This document shows, piece by piece, positions 51,516-64,000 of a stretch of 64,000 bases of DNA. The DNA comes from Octopus vulgaris (taxonomy: Eukaryota), in assembly GCA_951406725.2 (NCBI GenBank), contig OX597817.1, positions 45,942,001 through 46,006,000 on the forward strand, read 5' to 3'. How positions within the stretch are numbered: the first letter of the stretch is position 1; each line of letters begins with the position of its first letter. The position numbers were made by a program, and so were the translations under genes. The notes beneath the pieces were generated by a model, which saw nothing but the letters and a program-made list of their open reading frames with translations, did not search any database and had not been told where the DNA came from.

Positions 51516-52390
51516 CATGGAAAAATGCGAGCAAGAGAAATATTATTCTTAAGATTATAAACTGGATAATTACAGGACAAATTATTACACTTAGAAAGTT
51601 CAGGATAACTTATTACATCTGGTAAATTACACAAGAAAATGTTTACTTAACATATTGCAGCTAAGGATAAAATTTCAAATAAAATATTTGGAGTTAGAAA
51701 ATATTAGCTTTTATCAAACCTAAATATTTCATTAAAAGTTATTATTTCTTATTTGTTATTACTTGTTACTTCTATTAAAGATTTAAAAAAAAAACTCAAA
51801 ATGTTTTGCACTTTACAAAAATTCATTTCATTTAATTATCAATTAATAATTAGAAATTTGAAAATATGTTATAAAAACAATAGTAGTACATAATTAGCTA
51901 GTACAATAACTAGAATAATAAATCAATAGTTTTATAATTACTGTAAAATATACCTATAACAACAAATTCACAGTAAAATATGCTTGAGTTATTGCCTAAG
52001 CTATTGCCACGTCTTCACATTTTTAGCTTTGACACAATACCTATTTTTACATAAGGAATTTGCTTCCCATATATACTATTGTACTTTGCATACAACTTTA
52101 GCCATGCCGGTACTTCTGGCTCTCATTTTTTAAGTATTCTAGTGTGTCCATATATTAACAAAATGATGGGACCTTTTTCAGTCATATGTTACTTTGTAAA
52201 TTGAAATCAAATAATTTTTAATATTCATATTTTAGCCTTAGTAGCAATATTTTAAGTAGAAATTTTCTTGCTGTGTGTTTACCACGTGTAATAAATTATC
52301 CCGAACTTTTCCAAGTGTAATAACTTGTCCTGTAATTTTCCAGGTTTATAATCTTAAGAACATTAATTCTCTTGCTCGCCTTTTTCCATG
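51516..52390. mobile_element. MITE / non-autonomous DNA transposon with ~175-bp imperfect TIRs
   Basis: CATGGAAAAAtgcgagcaagagaa...ttcttaagattataaactgg is mirrored by ccaggtttataatcttaagaa...ttctcttgctcgccTTTTTCCATG. Confidence 0.8.
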
Positions 52391-54623
52391 GAATCCATAT
52401 TTCTCCCAGGCTATTATGCAAATTAATAATGTGTGACATTTGTCAATTAGCATTGTCATTGAAAATATATTAAAAGTCCCTTATTCATTCATAAAAAAAA
52501 TGTGTAGAACTATATTTTCACTCTCAAATTGGAGAAGCAAATACTCATAACATTATTCTTGTAGGACTTCATAGCATGAAATTGATACTATGATATTCCT
52601 CGAGTTGAGCTCTATCATTTTAACTTAATTAAAATATAGTTTGTTTTTAAAATAAAAAAAAATTGACTATACTTTAATCCAACTTTTTGCTTTACTTATT
52701 TTTTCATGATGCTCTACCTCACAACATTTTCATACAAACTTTTGTTGCATGAGAAAAAATCTATAAAATTCTTCATACTTTCTTCTATCACTGAAGCTAA
52801 GATAAATATATTTTGCTTTTAGAATAAAAAAAAAGTTATTTAGATCTAATCTTCATTCGAGGCATTACTTACTCTCCTATAACGTTGCTACAAATTTTGA
52901 TGTAAACTTTTGTGTACTGGATCAAATTTTAATTTTATCATGCCGAGATGTAGCTTGGGATCAGACCACGCCAGAACTGTTAGCAATTTTCAATTTGGTT
53001 AAGAACGGTATTAGCAACAAGCTCTGAAAAGTGTTGCTTGTGAGAAAATTGTGGCCTTAAGGATATTATTCAACTACTACCGTCCTTGAATGATAATAGC
53101 TTAAAATGAATTTATGCATTATTCAAGTCTGTAGAATATCTCTTTGAACTTCTTTCTCAGTTTGTCCTTACTAATCATTCTCTCTACGACTTCTCTTCCT
53201 CTTCTTTCTATCTATCTCTCTTTCTGTCTGTCTGTCTGTATGTCTCTCTCTTCCAAATTATTTTTGCGTTGAATTATTACTAATAAAAAGGCAAGATTTT
53301 ATCATCCACAAACAATTTCTAGGCTTCAGTGACTTCAAAATACAATTTGCCTATATGTTTCATATGAAATAAAGGATTAATGCAACCACAAAAAAATCCA
53401 AACTCCCTGCATTTCACTGGGAACAAACAAGTTATCAACGCCATGGGAAATCTCAAAGCAACTATTATGTTAATCATTTCCATAGGCAATTAAAGAAGTT
53501 CTTAGAGGAGTGACTATAAATAAAAGGAAACACGGAAACGTATACTTTATTCTACGTAGGGCAATAAAAAAATACCATTGATTTCTCTATATGTTCTTTT
53601 CTTTATATATACGTCTCCTCCTCCCTCTCTCTTACACATTCTGTCTCTAACACTGCCCCTGCACACTTTTCTATTGATCTGCATTTTGCTATATTATAGT
53701 GTCTGTATTTGCATAATATATTGCAAAACGCAACTGCTGAAAGAACCTATTATATTCAATAGGCTATAGTAGTAGCTTGGCACATATGTTATTGGCCCTT
53801 AAATCAGGAATGCTCACGTTATTTGATTGTATAACCATACAGAAGTTGACTAAAACCTGCGAAATATTTTATTCCAACATCGAACATTTATGATCACGCC
53901 GCACATCCATTTACAATGTCACTCTGGTTTCATTTTGGTTAAGACAACACATTTACTATTTTTATGCAGCGGAAAGAAATGGATGGATAAAATATAATTC
54001 TTGTCATCGTATTTCTTCGAGAAATACAAAGCCGGAACGCCCATTATTTCCCCGAAAAATTTAACAATTTCCACAAGAGATGTTACAGTCATTTTATTGC
54101 AAAGTTAACTTTCTATCAAGCTCATTTCTAAAATATGAAAGGATAATGAAAATAATTGCAAACAACCAAATCTTTCTTACGTTTGACTCACTTCTCAATC
54201 GCTAACAGTATTATTTCAGTATGGCGTGATTTAACTGACGTTTCTTTTCTTCCGGGTAAGGTATCACGTGATTCAAGTGAGGGAATCAATTCTAACGCCA
54301 ACCAAAGATGTACATCTTATTAGAAGCGAGATTAATTGTAAGGTGCATTGATGATTGATAGATATGTAGCTATAAACGTCTGTATGGCGTGACAAGGGAT
54401 ATTGGAATAGAATGTAATTTAAAGTAAGAAACATTGTGATCAAATTCTCTCACAATCCTTTGATGTTTTTTCAAGTAAAATGTAGGGCACATTGGAGAAC
54501 AATATGGTATATGCTCACCAAAATTGGTGATGGGCCAGTTTAATCAGGGCGTTCGGGGTCTGAAAGACAACGGTAAATTCTCGATTGATCCTAAGTAAAC
54601 TTAGTAGACTAACTGAGTAGTAT

Positions 54624-55006
54624 ACTCTTTTACATGTTTCAGTCATTTGACTGGGGCCATGCTGGAGCACTGCCTTTAGTCGAGCAAATCGACCCCAGGA
54701 CATATTCTTTATACGCCTAGTACTTATTCTATCGGTCTCTTTTGACGTAAACACACCAGCATCGGTTATCAAGCGATTTTGGGGTGAAAAACACAGAAAC
54801 ACAAACACACACATATATATATATATACACATATACATATATACGGCGGGCTTCTTTCAGTTTCCGTCTACGAAATTCACTCAGAAGGCTTTGATCGGCC
54901 CGAGGTAATATAAGAAGACACTTGCCCAAGGTGGCACGTAGTGGGACTGAACCCGGAACCGTGTGGTTGGTAAGTAAGCTACTTACCTCACAGCCACTCC
55001 TGCGCC
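54624..55006 (-). mobile_element. SINE family A, full length
   Basis: Reverse complement of 8132-8540. Confidence 0.85.
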
Positions 55007-55194
55007 TATGATGATAATAAAGACATATCTAAGTATTTCTTACAGCTGCTTCGTAATTAGAGATATCTATTGATTCATAATTTTATTAGAATCTATGAAT
55101 GCATACTGTAAACTTTTATACCTTTATTAGATTTACTTCAATTAAATTTCAAAATTGAATACAATGTCACAATGTACATTGCCACACACACACG

Positions 55195-55275
<81 letters not shown>

Positions 55276-55629
55276 GGCGGGCTTCTTTCAGTTTCCGTCT
55301 ACGAAATTCACTCAGAAGGCTTTGATCGGCCCGAGGTAATATAAGAAGACACTTGCTCAAGGTGGCACGCAGTGGGACTGAACCCGGAACCGTGTGGTTG
55401 GTAAGCAAGCTACTTACCTCACAGCCACTCCTGCGCCTATGATGATAATAAAGACATATCTAAGTATTTCTTACAGCTGCTTCGTAATTAGAGATATCTA
55501 TTGATTCATAATTTTATTAGAATCTATGAATGCATACTGTAAACTTTTATACCTTTATTAGATTTACTTCAATTAAATTTGAAAATTGAATACAATGTCA
55601 CAATGTACATTGCCACACACACACGCACG

Positions 55630-55682
<53 letters not shown>
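54843..55682. repeat. Near-perfect ~431-bp tandem duplication (SINE head plus unique flank)
   Basis: 54843-55273 matches 55274-55682. Breakpoints lie in (CA)n(TA)n. Confidence 0.9.
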
Positions 55683-55937
55683 GCACTTTAATTTTTAATA
55701 CTTTTTGATTCCCTTCTTTTAATGCTAGACAATGACAGTTTTGTTTATAATTGTGCTTATTTAAAAATATTTAAAATTAAATACTGGGCTTGCAAATATT
55801 TAAACATTGGGTCGACTAAATTCGGTGCTCCAGTATGACCGCAGTAAAATGACTGCAACAAGCAAAAGAATAAAACAAAACAACAACAACAACAACAATA
55901 ATAATAATAATAATAATAATAATAATTGTTATTATTA

Positions 55938-55976
<39 letters not shown>

Positions 55977-56028
55977 TCATGATAATTTTTCGTCGATCAT
56001 CATCTCATAGTTATTATTACTAGTGATG

Positions 56029-56415
56029 AAGGCGGCGAGCTGGCAGAAACGTTCGTACCTTCTAGCAATACTTGCTCTCGTTCTTATTCTTTGAGGCTAA
56101 AGCTACAACTTCCGCTTACCTTTACGCATACAATAAGTACCAGTGAAATCCTGGGGTCGATCTAATCCACTTAATCCCTTTGTCCGTCCTTGTTTGTCCC
56201 TTCTTTTAATGCTAGACAATGACAGTTTTGTTTATAATTGTGCTTATTTAAAAATATTTAAAATTAAATATATTTTCGGGGGCGGTTATTCAAACTTTAT
56301 AATTTCGGAGTCGAATTTAGTCGGTAAATTAAGTACCAGTTGCGTAGTGGGGTCGATCTAATCGACTGGCCTCTCTCCAAAAATTTCGACTCTTGTTCCT
56401 AGAGTGGCAAAGATT
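56029..56415 (+). mobile_element. Rearranged SINE family B fragments
   Basis: Head aaggcggcgagctggcagaaacg and two aagtaccag...ggggtcgat bodies. Confidence 0.65.
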
Positions 56416-56666
56416 ACTACTAGTGACAAAAAAATTAAAAAGTAATAAACAAAAAAGTTGTTCAATGTCGTAATTTCATATACGTCCACAGAATGTTTAT
56501 TTAAATATCCTATAACGTATTGTTTACTAATATTCTCACCTCTATTCTATTGTCTACACCTGTATTCTGCGAATTCATGTCCCTTGCATATGGGAAAGAT
56601 CTTTGTTGTTTTCCTTAAATATCGGGATTGCTATTGTTCTCCATCTCTATATAGTTTAATATAATG

Positions 56667-57045
56667 GAAGCACCCCGTCGGTTACGACGACGAGAGTTCC
56701 GGTTGATCCGATCAACGGAACAGCCTTCTCGTGAAATTAACGTGTAAGTGGCTGAGCACTCCACATACACGTGTAACCTTAACGTAGTTCTCGGGGATAT
56801 TCAGCGTGACACAGAGAATGACAAGGCCGGCCCTTTGAAATACAGGTACAACAGAAACAGGAAGTAAGAGTGAGAGAAAGTTGTGGTGAAAGAGTACAGC
56901 AGGGATCACCACCATCCCTGCCGGAGCCTCGTGGAGCTTTCGGTCTTTTCGCTCAAAAAGCACTCACAACGGCCGGTCTGGGAATCGAAACCGCGATCCT
57001 ACGACCGCGAGTCCGCTGCCCTAACCATTGGGCCATTGCGCCTCC
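56667..57045 (-). mobile_element. SINE family C, full length, with tRNA-derived head
   Basis: The minus strand starts ggaggcgcaatggcccaatggttagggcagcggactcgcggtcgtaggatcgcggtttcgattccc (A and B boxes). Confidence 0.85.
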
Positions 57046-57564
57046 AGTTCAATATAAATAATGCCCTACTATCATATACGAAACACTTGAATCACTATAT
57101 TTTTTTTAAAGGAGACTGGGTATATTTTGAAAAATGTGACATTGATCCATTTCCTCAAAAGTATTAGAAATGTAAACGTAGTAAATGGCCACCATCAACA
57201 ATGCTTTGAACCTGTGTGATATATTTCATTCGGAGATAATTTACGAAGTATACTAGGTTATATTAGAACCCATAATTCATAACACTAGCTCATGAATTAC
57301 GCTCAACACAAAATCCCAATTCCTGATATTTCGATATTCTGAAATAGCAACACTGTCTCTATAACTAGGGCTTCTTAAGGAGACGTAGGTTAGACATCTT
57401 ATCTACACACCCCAAGGATTCAATGCGGAGACAAATCACTGAAGCTGTATACAGGAATACAAATCCACCCTCAACCGTAAATCCGAATGGGGTAACACCC
57501 AGATTCCATTCGTTAGTACCCATCTATAATCACCCATTTCTCTCATTTACATGTTGAAATCCAT

Positions 57565-57883
57565 ATACATACATACGCATGCACACATATGCATCCGCAC
57601 ATACCTAGATGCACACATACATACATACGTACATACATGCATGCATGCATACATACATACATACATACATACATACACACATACATACATACATATATAT
57701 ACATTCATACATACATACATATATACATTCATACATACATACATACGTACATACATACATACATTCTTACATACATACATACATACGTACATACATATAT
57801 ACATACATGCATGCATACTTACATACATGCATACATACATACATACATACATACATACACACATACATACATACATACATACA

Positions 57884-57913
<30 letters not shown>
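57565..57913. repeat. (CATA)n microsatellite
   Basis: Direct reading. Confidence 0.95.
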
Positions 57914-57914
<1 letters not shown>

Positions 57915-59026
57915 CCTGAACTAACTGTTACTCTTCCAGATGCAGCATGGAATTTTGTCAATGAACAGGTCGCGGTCTCAAAGCGACGAAAATATTTTGG
58001 CAAATTTATTTTAAATGCTGACATAAATCTAACGGGGTTTTTTTTTATGTGTTCTTAAATGGCGTATAAACACCTTCCACGCTGCAACTTTTTGCCACGT
58101 GTGTTTTCTATATTTTCCAACTTAGATCGTAATACTGATGATTCTTTCTGTCACACATTTCACTACGTAAATGTCAAAGAGAGGGAAAGGATGAGAGAGA
58201 GAGAGTGGAAGCGAGAGTGAGGAGAGAGAGGGAGGTATGGGTGATAGAAGGGATAGAGAGAGATGGACAGAGGGACAGAGGGAGAGTGACGATAAATATA
58301 CCAAATACTGGGAAGTAGAAAATTGCATTCAGACAAATGACTGTTAGGTTATCCAATAAGTTATTGATCAAGCAACCGACGAAAATGCATTACCATATGC
58401 AAATCAATCTATCTACCCTATAAAATATTTTTGGCAGCATGCTTATAAACCGCAAATTGTGGGGAAATTGAAGAGCTTTCAGGAAATCTAGACACAAAAT
58501 GAAATAAACCAGACTAATCACAGGTTTTCTGTCGACAACGCTATTAAATGAGCTGCGCTATATGAAGTAGATCTAACTATAAATTAAAAGCTGTTATACG
58601 GAAGAGGTGCTCACCGTTAGCTTAAAAGAAGGCATACCGCAGCTGCTGAGCGCACAGGAGCTGCTGAAGAGGTGCTTACCGATAGTTAGTTAAAAGAAGG
58701 CGCACAGGGGCTGATGAAAACTTAAGACAGGACTGAAAGCAGATTTTGTCATAAGTTTTGGATTGCCGCCAACAAATATATTGTATATAATGGCCAGGCT
58801 TTAATTTTCTATGAAATTTCGTTTTGCCTAAAATACAAAGATGTAAGGTCAAATATAGAACAGCATATTTTTGAAAACCCGCAAATATATATATACATAC
58901 ACACACACACACACACACACACGAATATATATGCATGTAAATAAACACATGTATTCATATATATGTATATATATATACACATGTATGTATATATATTATT
59001 TCTTTATTACCCACCAGGGGGCAATG

Positions 59027-59058
<32 letters not shown>

Positions 59059-59067
59059 CATATACAC

Positions 59068-59111
<44 letters not shown>

Positions 59112-59114
<3 letters not shown>

Positions 59115-59416
59115 TCAGTGGTTATAGCGTCGAGCTTACGATCGTGAGGTTGTGAGCTCGAATCCCGGACCGGGCTGCGTGTTGTTTATTTCGCGTTGCT
59201 CTAGTTCACTCAGCTGTAGAAATAAGTTGCGACGTCACTGGTGCCAAGCTGTATCGACCTTTGTCTTTCCCTTGGATAACACTGGTGGCGTGGAGAGGGG
59301 AGGCTGGTATGCATGAGCGACTGCTGGTCTTCCATAAACAACCTTGCCCGGACTTGTGTCTAGGAAGGTAACTTTCTAGGTGCAATCCCATGTTCATTCT
59401 TGACCGAAGGGGGTCT
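59112..59416 (+). mobile_element. tRNA-derived SINE (family D) between (TA)n tracts
   Basis: ggctcagtggttatagcg...gagctcgaatccc head followed by a GC-balanced body. Confidence 0.7.
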
Positions 59417-59418
59417 TT

Positions 59419-59577
<159 letters not shown>

Positions 59578-61134
59578 TATATACATATTTCCATATATCT
59601 ATCTATATATATATATATATACATGTATTTATACATAAATACACACACACTTATACATATATACATACAGAGAATTCTCATTACGTCATATACTCTAAAC
59701 TAGAATGTATATTTACCCCGTATATATTTCTTGCGTTTCAATAATTCTTTTCTTCTTTTACTCATTCTCGTATTTGATGGACATACAGCGATATGTAAGC
59801 CGACTCGAGAAACCTCTAGGGAAACTTTTTATTGATGCACTTGAAGAGGCCCAGAACGGGTCAAAACATGTGTTGTACCCAATAAAGTCTATTACACCTT
59901 CCATCAGTACGTACCTGGTAGCTTACCGATAAATCACGTTCACTTTCACAGTGTACCATGTGTATTTGGTTAACGAGATAGACGGAAGATGGAAGATACG
60001 AACATTTTTATTAGTCACCACAAATGCTTCGACCCATCTAGCATCGATCCGTCAGAGTGGGATACTTAGCTACTAGTTTCGGGGCACTTATAACGCTTTA
60101 GACTAACGGTTGTTCTGCAAATTATCCTCTAGGTTCATGTAAAGAAAAACAGGAAGTGAAAAGATCTAACTTCATTTTTAAAGAAGAGTAATAATAATAA
60201 ATAACATGCAAAAAAGAAACGAATACACAGTACAGCGAAAAAAAGGTTTAAGCATAATCGCTAATGGATATGGATGTACCCTTTGCTCCTTCTCTTTTCA
60301 CGAACCAAGAAGATACTTTGCAGAACAGTCGTTATTTTGAGGCGTTATATCGAATTATCAATCGAAGCGACATATCTACATCGCCGGATTCTCCTCAATT
60401 AGTTAGTAAGTATCACATCCGTGAGGGATCAATGCTACATTGGTGGAAATAATTCTAGGGATTAATGAAGATTCTCGTATCTTCCATCTCATTAACCAAA
60501 TATGTTTGTGTGTGTTTGTGCGCGTGTGTGCAAGCACATATGTAAATATGTAAAGCCCCGATATCCCTCAATTATAACCTACATTTCCTCTTTTCCTTGG
60601 GGAATGTTTATTGTCCGAAACGTCGGTTTGTTTTTTTCTCTTCCAAAAGTAACTCCAGTGTATACATCTATCGATTTTATTTTATTCCATAAGTCTTGCC
60701 AACTCAGAACCGAATATCAGCCTCTATTTATATATGTGTCTCTTTGTCTCTTTGTCTGTACACACACATACACACTCACGTCTACGTTTTATGTATGCGT
60801 CAGTTAAATTTTTTTAAGAAATTGATAATGGAGTTGTTTTACAAACCGAGACTAAAAACGAGAAAACCAGTATAGCATATCAGCAAAGTGATAACAACTG
60901 AAAGCAAATCGCCATTCTCAATATAACTTACGAAAAAAATCTTTTTGTTTTAAAATTGATAACTTCAGCTAATTTTTTTCGATAACTTTGAATATGCTTC
61001 TAACTCCATATTGATGAATGCATAAATTCAAAACACAGATAACTTTCTTTTTTGCCCAGGTTATATAGACAATAAGGAAAAACTTACTTTACAGAATAGA
61101 AAAATAAACGTGTGTATGTGTACACACATACACA

Positions 61135-61199
<65 letters not shown>

Positions 61200-61210
61200 T
61201 TGTGTATGTA

Positions 61211-61272
<62 letters not shown>

Positions 61273-61299
61273 TTCATATATATATATATGCATACATAC

Positions 61300-61341
<42 letters not shown>

Positions 61342-61343
<2 letters not shown>

Positions 61344-61601
61344 CAGGAAGGTTTACGAAAATAAACAAAAGATGAAGGCAGGTGGAGTACAAACAAACAA
61401 ATGTATTAGTATGACGCTCAGGAATAGAAATAGAACAAGTCATTTACGTTTCGAGCCTACGCTCTTCGACAGAAAGATACACAGAAAAGAAACAAAGAGA
61501 GAAGCAAGGATATGGAAAATGCGTGTAGAAGCTAACAATCCATCATGGCGTTCTGACTTCAGCCAGAAGTCAGAGGTCAGAGGTCAGACGTTAGACGCTA
61601 G

Positions 61602-61606
<5 letters not shown>
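61342..61606 (-). mobile_element. Short (TA)n-inserted element with a minimal hammerhead-like motif at 61440-61480
   Basis: tcttt-CTGTCGA-a-GAGC-gtag-GCTC-GAAA-cg-TA-aatga with palindromic stem III acgt. The 3' part is related to 18290-18370 and 23570-23640. Confidence 0.55.
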
Positions 61607-61645
<39 letters not shown>

Positions 61646-62093
61646 ATTTGGATAGGTATACATTTGCGTTTGGTGTGTGTGTGTGTGTGTATACGTCTGT
61701 ACACATTTATAATATATGCATATCTAACGTGAAATATGCTAAATGAAATAACTTAGACTAGCTAGTGACGTTTATGTGAACGGCACACTCTACGAGAAGT
61801 ATATCGAATAGTATATAACACACATTCTTGATTTATTGAGCTTACCTTTGCCTCTACATGCTATACCGCAATTGCCAAATGGGAATTGTGACAAACGCCA
61901 TTTGATAATAGGAGATAATCTCCAATATCAGAAACTCTCCAGAGCTGACAAGCAATTAAAGAACAGGGCAGGCTTAAGGTCCGGAAGTCAAAAGAGGGTT
62001 GTGGACATATTTATCTTCATGAAGAGGCATAAACAGACAGCAAACAAGGAAATAATGGGCACATGCAATCACAGACAAATACACACTCACTTT

Positions 62094-62179
<86 letters not shown>

Positions 62180-62334
62180 CAAACAAAACGTATATCTGTT
62201 TAAATTATTACCTCTTTAAGATTTTACCCGATGGTAGTGTATTGTATATAATGATTTAATCTGTAAGGACTGCATTAAATAAAATGCTACCTAATCAGTT
62301 CTAGATTCTAAACACTATTTTGTGCTTAATTATA

Positions 62335-62562
62335 TGTATGTGTATGTGTGTGTGTATGTATGCGTGTAAGCATACAGGTAGGTAGGTTGGTAGGTAGGTA
62401 GGTAGGTAGGTACGTAGGTATGTAGGTAGGTAGGTATGTGGGTATTTAGGTAGGTAGGTAAGTAGGTTGGTATGTAGGTGGGTAGGTAAGTACGTAGGTA
62501 GATAGGTAACTAGGTAGGCAGGTAGGAAGGTAGATAGATAAGTAGGTAGGCAGGTAGGAAGG

Positions 62563-62597
<35 letters not shown>

Positions 62598-62925
62598 GTA
62601 GGTAGATAGATAATTAGATAGATAGATAGATAGATAGACAGATGTATACACACATACATACATACATACATACATGCATGCATACATACATACATACATA
62701 CATACATACATACATACATACATACATACATACATACATACATACATGCATGCATGCATACATACATGCATGCATACATACATACATACATACATACATA
62801 CATGCATACATACATGCATGCATACATACATGCATACATACATACATACATACATACATACATACATACATACATACATACATACATACATACATACATA
62901 CATACATACATGCATACATACATAG
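62335..62925. repeat. (TAGG)n-(TAGA)n-(CATA)n compound microsatellite
   Basis: Direct reading. Confidence 0.95.
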
Positions 62926-64000
62926 ATGAAGCCAGTCTGAGAACTGAAAGTATAAGAGTGGAAACAAAGGACAAAACCTCTTACAAATTTATGTTAGGCA
63001 TCAATGTTTCCCATTTGAAACTCATTATCAAGTGGAAAATTTATTACGAGTGTAGATGTTCATAGGACGGATGGGTTTCTTAATGGAAAGTTTAAGTATA
63101 TTCCCAACTATATCCTAATTAATCCTCTGCGTCCTAATATTTACCCTTGTGTTTTAGTCGGAGTCTGTTACATCTAGTCTGTGTTAATTTTTTACTGGTA
63201 TTCTTTTAAGAGCAAAATAATTGGTACGCTTATTTTATATATCTCATAACTGCATATAAAGATAAAGGCATCGTGTAACACGTATAGCTGTAAAGCCTTG
63301 CCGACATTTTTCACGCGGAAATTTGTTCAGTGTGACTTGGTTGCTGTCCTGCGTTAACCGGTTTATAAAAAAAATCACTCTTTAGGAAAAGCCAGTGAGT
63401 GTTAGCTCAATCGAAGTCTGGAGTTTCCAGAAGAAATACATCTCCACAAACGTCCATGGTAAGAGAGTTATTCTTCTTCTATTTCAATGCGTTACCTAGC
63501 ATGGTTTAAGTAGATACCTTTCAAAATAGTTTTATCGAAACCAAATGGGTGGAAGTCAAAATTTGCGTAGGTGGTATTTGAATTTATTACATAGAGACCC
63601 GGAACGGATACTGTAAAGCATTGTCGAAAATTTCTAAAAGTGCTGCCAGACATCTAACTCATCTAATTATATTAGACCGAATCAGCTTCATTATATTTTC
63701 CATTTTATTTGTAAAACTGATAGAAATGTGTTTGTATTGTACAGAATGTATTAAATCAGTCTATTTAATAACTTATTTAGAAAAACGATGAGATGTACTG
63801 GTTTTCTATTTACGAGTAGAATGGTATATTTAGTTACATTGGAGAGTATATGTATACGTATATATATATATATATACACTTATGTACATACGTATACGTA
63901 CACACAAAAATACATGCATTAGTATATACATATATATATATATATATATAGATACATATATACATATATATGTATATATTAATACACACACACACATATA

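Noticed and set aside
56960-57045. tRNA gene
   Set aside because: A/B boxes are present but the sequence continues into a dispersed SINE body, with no complete cloverleaf or terminator. The same applies to 9546 and 59112.
58600-58745. Short imperfect tandem with CTGAAGA-GGT-gctt-ACC and CTGATGA
   Set aside because: GAAA and stems I/III cannot be assembled convincingly, so it is too weak to call a ribozyme.
60595-60630. GGA...TCC-GAAACGTC half-hammerhead
   Set aside because: No CUGANGA box or stem I partner upstream.

Overview
AT-rich eukaryotic DNA packed with microsatellites and transposons. The SINE families and repeat landscape resemble an octopus/cephalopod genome (inference). No host protein-coding gene can be supported. 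The centrepiece is a young Penelope-like retroelement (PLE) locus at ~27958-36490. It has one full-length minus-strand unit (coiled-coil ORF1 plus RT/GIY-YIG ORF2), a tandem 5'-truncated copy and an inverted 5'-truncated copy, all inserted in (TA)n. ORF1 and ORF2 overlap in the -1 frame across an in-frame U_UUU_UUA slippery heptamer, and each pLTR carries a minimal hammerhead ribozyme with a U3:A8 variant core. The window also holds a ~491-bp tandem-plus-inverted hammerhead retrozyme array (11281-13520) with the same head-to-head architecture in (TA)n, a second ~436-bp retrozyme-like unit (21232-21792), and several small hammerhead-like elements. Together these suggest an autonomous PLE with a community of ribozyme-bearing non-autonomous satellites. 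The remainder is tRNA-derived SINEs, decayed Tc1/mariner, LINE and Helitron fragments, a long-TIR MITE and simple repeats. All RNA structures were read by eye, and boundaries of decayed elements are approximate.
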